Shown here: positions 19,616 through 28,147 of the stretch, piece after piece
Position numbering within the stretch: the stretch's first letter is position 1
Layout of the letters: every line of letters starts with the position of its first letter
Assembly: GCA_043819555.1 (NCBI GenBank)
Contig: JBDREQ010000072.1
Coordinates: forward strand, 1 to 42,720
Origin: Candidatus Zixiibacteriota bacterium
Lineage (GTDB): Bacteria > Zixibacteria > MSB-5A5 > GN15 > JAAZOE01
Direction of reading: 5' to 3'
DNA: 42,720 nt
Notes under the pieces: model-generated
What the model was told of the DNA's origin: nothing
The model's database searches: none
The model's input: only the letters and a program-made list of their open reading frames with translations
Position numbers and translations under genes: made by a program

Positions 19616-22135
19616 CTACTTCAACAGTACCATTTTCTTGGTTTGGTTATTATCTCCCACTCGTAGTCGGTAGAGATAGACACCGGAGGCCGACATATCG
19701 CCGCCATTATCGGTACCGTCCCAGACAACAGTATGCATACCGGGTGGAAGTGGTTCATTTACCAGGGTTTTCACGGATTGGCCGAGAATATTGAAGACGT
19801 CGAGTCTTACCGTCTCGGCTCCTCCAGAGGAACCATCTATATAAAAGTCTATATAAGTTGTTGGATTAAACGGATTGGGCCGGTTCTGATACAGCGAAAA
19901 TTTATCCGGCAGAATTGGATCAGGATTTATTCCCTCAACATCGATGCCTTTGGCCGCTCCGGTGCTTATTACCGCGCGAGTAATTCGAACCTGCGAATTG
20001 TCATCAGCCCTGATCGGCGCCCTGGATACAAACGGCAGGGCCAGAATATCTGACAAACCTTCAGCAATTAACTCATCTTCATTCCAGGGGTGACGACTAT
20101 GGAGGAGAACCTTCATCTTTCCCGCGCCATTATCTTTGGTATATATCTGAAATTCGCCGCTGGCGTCGGTCAATATTGGCTTAAGCATTTCGATCGTATT
20201 GGGATTATAAGAAATTTCGAGTTCCACACCGGCGATATCTGCAGGTAAATCGGCCTCAAGGGCCATTTCCGATTGTACTCCGGCGCTGGTAATCTCATCA
20301 TGAAGTACTTGAAGCGACGCGAATTCTCCCGGAGGAACAGGCGGAGCAAGATCCGGAGAAATGGGAAGAAGGAAAATCGCATTGATGATACCGACCAGAT
20401 CAATTACGTTCACGGAATCATTTATCACAACATCCGCCGCGGCAAATTGTCTGCGCGTCAAATTATAATTTTCGATAATAAAGGCAACGACGCTGACAAG
20501 GTCGGCCACGTTTATATTTTTATCTAAATTAACGTCACCCCAGTAATCAACACACATCGAACCGGAATCGGTCACCATCTCAAGCCCGGCAACATTTGGA
20601 TCGGGATCTATCGACTCCCAGGCATTGTAGATATCAATGGGATAGCATCCCGGAGAAGCGAACTGGTCAACCGTGAAGGCCAGGTTTAGAATTGCCGAGG
20701 AAGAACCGGGAACCATCGGGTCGTTAGCCAATCCGAAAACGACCACCCGCACCTCTCCCGGAGTCTCGTTTATATTTTCATATATTACCCAATCGGGGAT
20801 ACGATTAGTTGCAAATATCGAATCGAGATCAAAATAATTGTAGTCGTAATTCAGATCAAACTGAACACCGTAAATTGTCTTTTCGGTTACAACATTAATC
20901 GGCACCATAACTTCATTCAGGCCAGGAACGCCGCCTTCCTGGAAAAGGTCTTCGGCAGATGAGGTAAACAGTATATCTTCATCGATTCCCTCGACAAATA
21001 CCGAAACAAATTGCGCCCCGGATGTAGCTCCGGAATCATCGGTTGCCTGAAACTTGAATGAGAAACTTCCAACTTGATCCAGGTCAGGCTTAAAAGAGAA
21101 CAGACCGGTTGCGACACCGCCTGCGCCTGTGACAACTCCATTAATTCCAAAATGCGCGTTGGGAGTCGTCAGGCTTCCATCATTGGCGCGAATTGTAACG
21201 ACTCCGGATTGGGCATCGGTAGCCGTAACGTTAAAGCTGACCTGTCCGCCGGCCATAATATTGTATGTAGTGGGCGAAATTGTCGAAAGTACAGGGGGAT
21301 TATTTTTGTCCGGATCGGGAGGAGGTTGAGTAGTATCTACAACGGCCGTATCGACTATAAAGACAGAGCTGAGCAAATTTTGAGGATACACCGATACTGT
21401 CTGTGCATCAGGAGCGCCGGGAGGATCATGCCATTCCTCAGCAAATTCAGTGCTCTTATATGTTTGAGGAATATTTCTCGTAGTATGTAAGAATGATTGA
21501 TCGTTAATCTGTGCCGCCGGATTTACTCTGAATTTTATATATCCGATAATTACGCCAAGAGTATCACCCGAATAAACCAGACCGCCGGGAATATGGGGCC
21601 TGACATAGCCGGAAGTATTTTGTGCGTAGGCTGAATCCACCCAGTTCGGAGCCATCAGAAGACGAACGCTATCACGGGCATTAAGACTATAATAGACCGA
21701 TTTGATAGCCCAGGTTGGATGACTGATACCCGTATATTGTGGTGGATTCACCCAGCCAAAATTCTTGATCTGGTTTGAAATGATAAGATCCAATTCCCAA
21801 AGACCGGGATCATAAGCGGGAGTCGCTTGAAATTCAGTCGAATCAGGCGGAGTATAGGTCGGATCAATATCAGCCGAATCCAGAAGTTTTTGATAATCGG
21901 CATTGAAAGCGATAATCGGATGCAGAATATTATGGTCGAACTGGAACAAAAAACTTATTCCACTGACGGTCGAATCGTTTTGAAGATAAATCGGAATCGA
22001 AACGATACTATCCGGTAATCCATATTCGACTTTCAAAAATCCGATACTCTCGTCCGTCAAAATCTGACCCCGGGCAAGCCCGGCGGAAATTCCGATTAAC
22101 AGACATATCAGTAGTGGTATGATCAAACGCCTCAT
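19616..22135 (-). CDS. Secreted protein: cohesin-like, Pro-rich linker, Ig-like, cohesin, dockerin, cohesin-like, FlgD-Ig/T9SS-A-type C-terminus
   Basis: Cohesin-like VPINV…GVQFDLNYD and IAGVELEISYNP; dockerin GDVNLDKNINVADLV…ADVVINDSVNVIDLV; C-terminal QNRPNPFNP…TKKMVLLK; GAGG RBS. Confidence 0.85.
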   Translation of the reverse strand: MRRLIIPLLICLLIGISAGLARGQILTDESIGFLKVEYGLPDSIVSIPIYLQNDSTVSGISFLFQFDHNILHPIIAFNADYQKLLDSADIDPTYTPPDSTEFQATPAYDPGLWELDLIISNQIKNFGWVNPPQYTGISHPTWAIKSVYYSLNARDSVRLLMAPNWVDSAYAQNTSGYVRPHIPGGLVYSGDTLGVIIGYIKFRVNPAAQINDQSFLHTTRNIPQTYKSTEFAEEWHDPPGAPDAQTVSVYPQNLLSSVFIVDTAVVDTTQPPPDPDKNNPPVLSTISPTTYNIMAGGQVSFNVTATDAQSGVVTIRANDGSLTTPNAHFGINGVVTGAGGVATGLFSFKPDLDQVGSFSFKFQATDDSGATSGAQFVSVFVEGIDEDILFTSSAEDLFQEGGVPGLNEVMVPINVVTEKTIYGVQFDLNYDYNYFDLDSIFATNRIPDWVIYENINETPGEVRVVVFGLANDPMVPGSSSAILNLAFTVDQFASPGCYPIDIYNAWESIDPDPNVAGLEMVTDSGSMCVDYWGDVNLDKNINVADLVSVVAFIIENYNLTRRQFAAADVVINDSVNVIDLVGIINAIFLLPISPDLAPPVPPGEFASLQVLHDEITSAGVQSEMALEADLPADIAGVELEISYNPNTIEMLKPILTDASGEFQIYTKDNGAGKMKVLLHSRHPWNEDELIAEGLSDILALPFVSRAPIRADDNSQVRITRAVISTGAAKGIDVEGINPDPILPDKFSLYQNRPNPFNPTTYIDFYIDGSSGGAETVRLDVFNILGQSVKTLVNEPLPPGMHTVVWDGTDNGGDMSASGVYLYRLRVGDNNQTKKMVLLK

Positions 22136-22172
22136 GGCATTCCTCTATATGCTTCATGATTATTTTTCATAA

Positions 22173-24572
22173 TTATTTCAACAGCACCATTTTCTTAGAG
22201 GCCGAATTATCTTCCGTTTTTATCCGGTACAAATAAACTCCGGAAGCGACAGCGCGGCCTTGTGCATCTGTGCCGTCCCATATAACCTCATGTTGTCCGG
22301 CTGGATATTCTCCGTCGCTCAAAACCTTTACTGTCTGCCCCAGGATATTGAAGACCGTTAATGTCACCCGGGCAGGTTCATTTAGATTGAACCGTATATT
22401 CGTTTCCGGGTTAAACGGATTTGGGGCATTCTGGAATAACTCAAATTGCGACGGCATTACGCCGGTATTGGTTTTTTCTATTTGTAAAATTTCCCCATTA
22501 ATATTCGCTATTTCTATATTCTCAATCTGAAGATTCAAATCTGGTGAATCTGAAATTTTTATTATAGATTGCGAACCCGAATTGATCGTTGTACCGGTAT
22601 AGCTCATCAACAATCCATTCCAGCCATTCTGTTTCGTTCCGGACATCATATCCATTTCTGTCATGTTCATCGGAGCGAGATTTCCGGCATCTTCTCCGGT
22701 CAGGCGGACAAAGACGCCGCCGACTTCGTCCGGAGAATCAATATTCAAATAAGTTCCCGTCTCTTCGTGTGTTATTTCTGCCCTAACAGGATATGATTGC
22801 GTTGTTGGCCTGGCGGTCGGAGGATTGGTCTCTCCGGTAATGATAGTTATCAATAAAACCAAATCTGCGACCGAAGGGGCATAACCGTCGCGATTGATGT
22901 CGGAATTGAGTATTTGTTGCTCGTTCATCGGGTACTGGGTCGGACTGATAAAGAAATTCGAAAAATATACCGCATCACTGATTTCATAGGCGATATTATT
23001 GAGATTGATATCTCCCAGCATTTGGACGCCCGAGGCCGCGATCAGGACATAACCGTCAAAAAGATTAATATCGTTGGCATAAATAATACTGCCATCATCA
23101 AGTACCAAAGCATTATCGGTTGAAAACATCTGGATAAACCGCACCGGTATGTGCTGACCAACGAAATTTAGATCGGAACTGATCTGCACAGTCATCGTAA
23201 AGATCGGACCCTCGCCGCTTTCAATCGGACTGCCCATCCCGGCCTTACCCGAGATCCGGACATTGCCGTTTATGCCGTTCTCGTTGATGCGGTAATCAAA
23301 AATATGAAGATTTTCCGATCGGGTTCCGGTGCTGGTTATGCCCAGAGGAATCAAAACCGAAGGGTCCATTCGGATAAGAAGATTATATTCGCGAATAACG
23401 AATTTATTCTTCAGGTAAACATTAAGGTCAACCGACCGGCCCGAAAAACTAGTCACGGTATCAATCCTGATGCCATATAATGTAACCGGCACAAGCTCAA
23501 TTTCGATGACCGCGGTATCGGGCAGGCTATAAGGATCATGAGCAATCAGCGTAATTTGATAATGGCCCGAATCCGAAAAATCACTCGGCCAGCTTATCAG
23601 CCCGGGATTTTCAAAATCAAAAGAAGCCCCGTCGGGCAGTACTGAGATTTCCCATTCAATATTTTCAAAGTCGGGATCAAAAGCCGATACATTGATTCCC
23701 AGCGAATCTCCGGCTTCGGCCATGACCTCTTCCGGAGCGCTGATTATGGGGGCTCGGTTGACATTTATTACGTTTATCTTAACGCGGATATAGCTTGATG
23801 ATTTTCCATCGGAAGTCCAGAAAACAAAATAGAATGGTGATAAATCGGCTGATAGCGGGCCGATATAATCGGGGCGCCAGGCAAACTGAGCCGTCCCGTC
23901 GCCGTTATCGACAAATTCGGAATTAAATGGATGAATCGGATTGACGATTAGAACTTCATCGCCATCGGAATCAATAACCTGCAGGTCAATATAAAGAGAA
24001 TCTCCCTCTGCAACATACACGTCGGGAACCGGCGTGAATATCGGCGGGCGATTTTGCTCACCGATTTGTACTTCCCCAGGAATAAACGCGGGAGTGAAAT
24101 TATTCAACCCACTGGCGTCGGATAGCAATAATTGACCTGCAGGCGGTAAAAACGTTGTATCAATGATTATTATTTCCCCGGGAATCAAATCATCTTTGGC
24201 TCTGAAATTTATTTTACAAATCGATCCGGAACCGGGCTGGATGTATTCTTCCATGATAACCACGGCGCCGATCAAAATTGTGCCGGTGGTTTCGCTGACT
24301 GTCACCGGCAGCATATTGAGGTATTCAATCCGACTTCCGGCAAAATCAACTTCCTGAAATTCAAGTTTATCTATGGGATATATGAGCGGTAAAGTAATTG
24401 CCCCCAATTCTTCATCGTTCCAGACATTGACGGTAACGCTGAAATTTCCTCCGGCTGGCACCGTATATTGGCCAATTGAAATTGTGTCGGTTTCGCCAAT
24501 TGGATCATTCTGGGCCAATACCGAGCCGAAGAGAAGAATCAAAACTATGTATGTCAGTGCAAATCTTTTCAT
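22173..24572 (-). CDS. Secreted protein: cohesin-like, two Ig-like, cohesin-like, dockerin, spacer domain, FlgD-Ig/T9SS-A-type C-terminus
   Basis: Signal peptide ending VLA-Q; dockerin GDINLNNIAYEISDAV…SDINRDGYAPSVADLV; C-terminal QNAPNPFNP…SKKMVLLK. Confidence 0.85.
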   Translation of the reverse strand: MKRFALTYIVLILLFGSVLAQNDPIGETDTISIGQYTVPAGGNFSVTVNVWNDEELGAITLPLIYPIDKLEFQEVDFAGSRIEYLNMLPVTVSETTGTILIGAVVIMEEYIQPGSGSICKINFRAKDDLIPGEIIIIDTTFLPPAGQLLLSDASGLNNFTPAFIPGEVQIGEQNRPPIFTPVPDVYVAEGDSLYIDLQVIDSDGDEVLIVNPIHPFNSEFVDNGDGTAQFAWRPDYIGPLSADLSPFYFVFWTSDGKSSSYIRVKINVINVNRAPIISAPEEVMAEAGDSLGINVSAFDPDFENIEWEISVLPDGASFDFENPGLISWPSDFSDSGHYQITLIAHDPYSLPDTAVIEIELVPVTLYGIRIDTVTSFSGRSVDLNVYLKNKFVIREYNLLIRMDPSVLIPLGITSTGTRSENLHIFDYRINENGINGNVRISGKAGMGSPIESGEGPIFTMTVQISSDLNFVGQHIPVRFIQMFSTDNALVLDDGSIIYANDINLFDGYVLIAASGVQMLGDINLNNIAYEISDAVYFSNFFISPTQYPMNEQQILNSDINRDGYAPSVADLVLLITIITGETNPPTARPTTQSYPVRAEITHEETGTYLNIDSPDEVGGVFVRLTGEDAGNLAPMNMTEMDMMSGTKQNGWNGLLMSYTGTTINSGSQSIIKISDSPDLNLQIENIEIANINGEILQIEKTNTGVMPSQFELFQNAPNPFNPETNIRFNLNEPARVTLTVFNILGQTVKVLSDGEYPAGQHEVIWDGTDAQGRAVASGVYLYRIKTEDNSASKKMVLLK

Positions 24573-25082
24573 CAAATGCCCAAATTTAAATGCTATACAA
24601 CTCCAGTCTCTATAAGAGCAAAAGGCTTACCAATCCCGGATAAGTCTCAAATTACCCTTAATAATTCTCATATATTTTTGCGATATGGTGCAAAACTCAG
24701 GCAATTATCAATACTTCCGACTATCGCAAAAAAAACCTAACCTTTTCGTTCCCAGTTCGTTATACCTATTAATCCAAAAACGCTTATCTCTCCCCAGACC
24801 AAAAAAACAGAGGCCCGAAATTGTAACTTTGTGAGGCATTAAATCCGTATGGCGAGTAATTGACAATCTTTACAATACAATCTGCACTATTTTGCAGCAT
24901 ATTGAAGACAGATGACGAGTAAAATCCGATTTTTAAAAAACGAAAAGCCCGCAAGCTATTGTCAGTTGGTATGTTAAGCTCTTTGTCGGGCATATGCTTA
25001 TTCCTTATTTCTCGGTCATGTCAATTCTTCATTATCTCGTACTCTATAAACCAACCTCCCTATTTTCTTATTCTTTAATTTA

Positions 25083-25111
25083 GTGATAAGGGTCACGAAG
25101 ACCCTTACCAC
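25083..25111 (-). terminator. 12-bp stem-loop 3' of the 906-aa ORF (no U-tract; stabiliser or weak terminator)
   Basis: Minus strand GTGGTAAGGGTC-TTCGT-GACCCTTATCAC. Confidence 0.55.
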
Positions 25112-25128
25112 CAAATTATAAAAACTGA

Positions 25129-27828
25129 TTACTTCATCAGTACCATTTTCATAGTAGCTGAGTTAGCACCAGCAGTTACCTTGTAGAAATAGATACCGGA
25201 AGCAACGGACTTGCCGCTGGCATCTTTGGCATCCCAAACAACATTCACGGTTCCAGCTTCGCTGAATCCGTTAAATGTGTTCACACGCTGACCGGCAATG
25301 TTGTAAATCTCTACGGACCAATCTGAAGCATTGTTCAGATTGAAGCCCATGGTTGTGGTCGGGTTGAACGGGTTCGGGTAGTTCTGAGCGACGCTGAAGT
25401 TTGACGGAAGCGCATGGAAGCTGCTTTCCATCATGCTGCCGTTATAATCGGAAGCTTCAACGCTGATCAATTCGGCGTTACCATTGACCGGAATGGTCAT
25501 CAGATCGCCGGAAGTGATTGCTTCGGAACCAATGTTATAAACCAGGACACGGAGTTCGTTGTTCTCAAAGCTTGAGACGACGTCCATGTTGTTGTGCAGG
25601 ACCGGAGTACCGGCATCGCCTGTAACGTTAAAGACGAACAGGGCGGCGCCAGCGTCAACGCCGGTTTCCACACTAACATTCATGTTACCATTGACAAGCT
25701 GAGTTTTAACATCGAACAAAGTACCCGGAGCCGGCTTCGTGGCATACGGAAGCGCATCACCAATGATGACACGAACCAGATACACGAGGTCGGCGATGGT
25801 CAGGGCAGTACCGTCGGCATTCACATCGGAAGCCGCGATAGAACCGTCAACATGGACACCAAAGGCCGAAAGGCCAGTGATGAAATAGTTCGTGAACATA
25901 ACCGCATCAGCGATTTCATTCGCCAAACCGTTCATGTTGATGTCGCCGCGATCATCGATTTTATCCTTATCGATAATATCAATTCCGCCATTGAAGAAAT
26001 CAATAAAGCGAATCGGGGCGCCTTTATCGGTTCTGGTTTCACAGGCAACCGGAGCGCCGTACATGCCCGGGAAACCCCAGTTTCTATCCGTGACTTCAAT
26101 GTAGCTATCCCCACCGTCCATGCCATAGTAGTTATAGACGAAACGGGAGATAGCCAGAGAGTCACCGGAAGCGACCGAGATTACGTTGTCACCGCAGTCC
26201 ATCCAGAAGAAACTGACGTGGGCAAAGTAATCGTTGTAATTCACGTTAGTCGAGACAAAGAATGTCAGATTGACGAGAATTTGGCCATCACCGAGATTTA
26301 TAATACATTCATCATCAGGATGGACCGGGCCATTGTTAGTTTCGGCCATAGCGACAACACGAATTTCGCCGGAAGGACAGCCATTACCGCAATTGCCGTG
26401 TGAGCCATAGCGATAAGTGAAGTATTCCCATCCGCAATCCTGGAAGAATTGACCCAGTGATGCTTCAGTGAAGGTCAAAACGGTCGGGTCATAAGCCAAC
26501 AGGAAGTCAAAGCCGCCCATTTCTTCTGAACCCTTTTTCAGCCAAATCGGAAGATCAACATAGTGACCCTGAATGACATCATGAAGTTTATCAATAACCA
26601 CCTCATACGGTGTGGTTAATAATACATCGACTTCGAATGTACATTCAACCGGATCAGCAATACCGTCGCTGACGCTTACGGTTATCATATGAGAACCAAT
26701 GTCCTCAAAAGCGGTCGTCCAGGTGAATTCACCCGTGCCGGCATTAATAGCCATATCACCGATAGGCGGAGAAACCAAGGCATAAATCAATCCATCACAG
26801 CCATCGGCATCGGAACCAACAATATCATCCTTTATAATCATGGATGTAAAGCCGACCGGATTGTAGGCTAATCCACAATTGATAGTCGGGATTTTGTTGG
26901 TGACCGTCACTGCGATCTCATATGATGCACAATCGCCATTGGCGGCATCGCCAGCTGTAACAGTAATAGTTACGGCTGAACCAACATCGGCCGCCGCACC
27001 GGTATATGATACCGAACAGCTGCTGCCGAGATCAGTTACGACCGCGGCGCCGGCGCCGGTAGTACCACCCAGCTTAAAGTTGATTTCGTTGCCTTCTGCG
27101 TCGTAGCCATTCAGAGTGACACTTTTGCTGCCGCAATGGTCAACTGTCATTGATAGACCGGGAGCTGTAGTAAATGTCGGACAGAAATTACGCGCGTTTG
27201 TAACCGGTATGCATAATGCGCCTTCACCATCATTCCATCCAACTATCGGAGGAAAGGTCGCGCCGGTAGCATCGATGAAAATAAACGGGGCCGATTCGGA
27301 AACCTGAACACTGTCGATACACAGAGTTTTAACTTCTGCCGGATCAGATGTTCCGCCCGGGATACCATGCAATTGGTACATTTCCTCCAATGGTCCTGGG
27401 GGCAGTCCGGCTCCCATTGCAACACCACCGGCCAGTATTCTGTCCGGCAAGGTATTGTCAACGTCGGCATAAGTAATCAGCAAACCAGTCATATCCCAGA
27501 CGCCTTTAGGGTCTAAAATAGTCGGCGGCCACATGCGGGTATTGGAAAGCATTGTAATATAGAATTCTGAAGCCGGATCTGGTTTTCTATTACCAACGTT
27601 ATTCCAGGTCCAGGTAGCGCCATCCGGAGAAGTGATTTCAAATCCCAGAGTAATTCCGCCGAGATTTTGCGAGTTTTCAAGCGCTATGCCAAACTCAGCA
27701 GCAACACCGGCCCAAAGAGTATCGGAACCGGAGTGAGTGTGGACAATAATGTCACACAAATCCTGCTGGCCGTAAGTAAGCCCAAAAGAAAGAAGCAATG
27801 TTGCGAGCAAAACGATTAGTCGTTTCAT
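25129..27828 (-). CDS. Secreted Cys-rich protein: domain X, two Ig-like, cohesin, dockerin, spacer, FlgD-Ig/T9SS-A-type C-terminus
   Basis: AAGGAG RBS before ATG 27828 (ORF open from 27849); cohesin-like VDLPIWL…MGGFDFLLAYDPTVLTF; dockerin RGDINMNGLANEIADAV…SDVNADGTALTIADLVYL; C-terminal QNYPNPFNP…MKMVLMK. Confidence 0.87.
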   Translation of the reverse strand: MKRLIVLLATLLLSFGLTYGQQDLCDIIVHTHSGSDTLWAGVAAEFGIALENSQNLGGITLGFEITSPDGATWTWNNVGNRKPDPASEFYITMLSNTRMWPPTILDPKGVWDMTGLLITYADVDNTLPDRILAGGVAMGAGLPPGPLEEMYQLHGIPGGTSDPAEVKTLCIDSVQVSESAPFIFIDATGATFPPIVGWNDGEGALCIPVTNARNFCPTFTTAPGLSMTVDHCGSKSVTLNGYDAEGNEINFKLGGTTGAGAAVVTDLGSSCSVSYTGAAADVGSAVTITVTAGDAANGDCASYEIAVTVTNKIPTINCGLAYNPVGFTSMIIKDDIVGSDADGCDGLIYALVSPPIGDMAINAGTGEFTWTTAFEDIGSHMITVSVSDGIADPVECTFEVDVLLTTPYEVVIDKLHDVIQGHYVDLPIWLKKGSEEMGGFDFLLAYDPTVLTFTEASLGQFFQDCGWEYFTYRYGSHGNCGNGCPSGEIRVVAMAETNNGPVHPDDECIINLGDGQILVNLTFFVSTNVNYNDYFAHVSFFWMDCGDNVISVASGDSLAISRFVYNYYGMDGGDSYIEVTDRNWGFPGMYGAPVACETRTDKGAPIRFIDFFNGGIDIIDKDKIDDRGDINMNGLANEIADAVMFTNYFITGLSAFGVHVDGSIAASDVNADGTALTIADLVYLVRVIIGDALPYATKPAPGTLFDVKTQLVNGNMNVSVETGVDAGAALFVFNVTGDAGTPVLHNNMDVVSSFENNELRVLVYNIGSEAITSGDLMTIPVNGNAELISVEASDYNGSMMESSFHALPSNFSVAQNYPNPFNPTTTMGFNLNNASDWSVEIYNIAGQRVNTFNGFSEAGTVNVVWDAKDASGKSVASGIYFYKVTAGANSATMKMVLMK

Positions 27829-28070
27829 TATGTGCTCCTTCATTACCAAAGTTCATGTTTTAGCAAAACGTAATATTACAAGTAACGAGTTGCCACATAG
27901 TCCCCCTCATACAAACCATCCCAAATTCCGATGAGCCGTCCGGAAATTTTGTTCTGGTAAGTGAGTAGAAATGAGCTAAAAAGCCATTTCTTTCTTTTGA
28001 GCGCGTGTCATACAAATCCTCTTATGCGCGCGTCACCTCCTTTCAAAATGTTCCACTTAAGGTTAGTAGT

Positions 28071-28091
28071 AATCTCTCGTTTCGAGAGACT
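28071..28091 (-). other. Stem-loop between the 372-aa and 906-aa ORFs
   Basis: Minus strand AGTCTCTCG-AAA-CGAGAGATT, with no U-tract. Confidence 0.5.
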
Positions 28092-28147
28092 TTCTATTTT
28101 TATTTGACTTATTCTCATTTATGCCTTCAGTTAAGTATGCGCCCCAA

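Noticed and set aside
25594..26403. 269-aa plus-strand ORF
   Set aside because: Fully antisense to the 906-aa gene and explained by its codon bias; no recognisable motifs.
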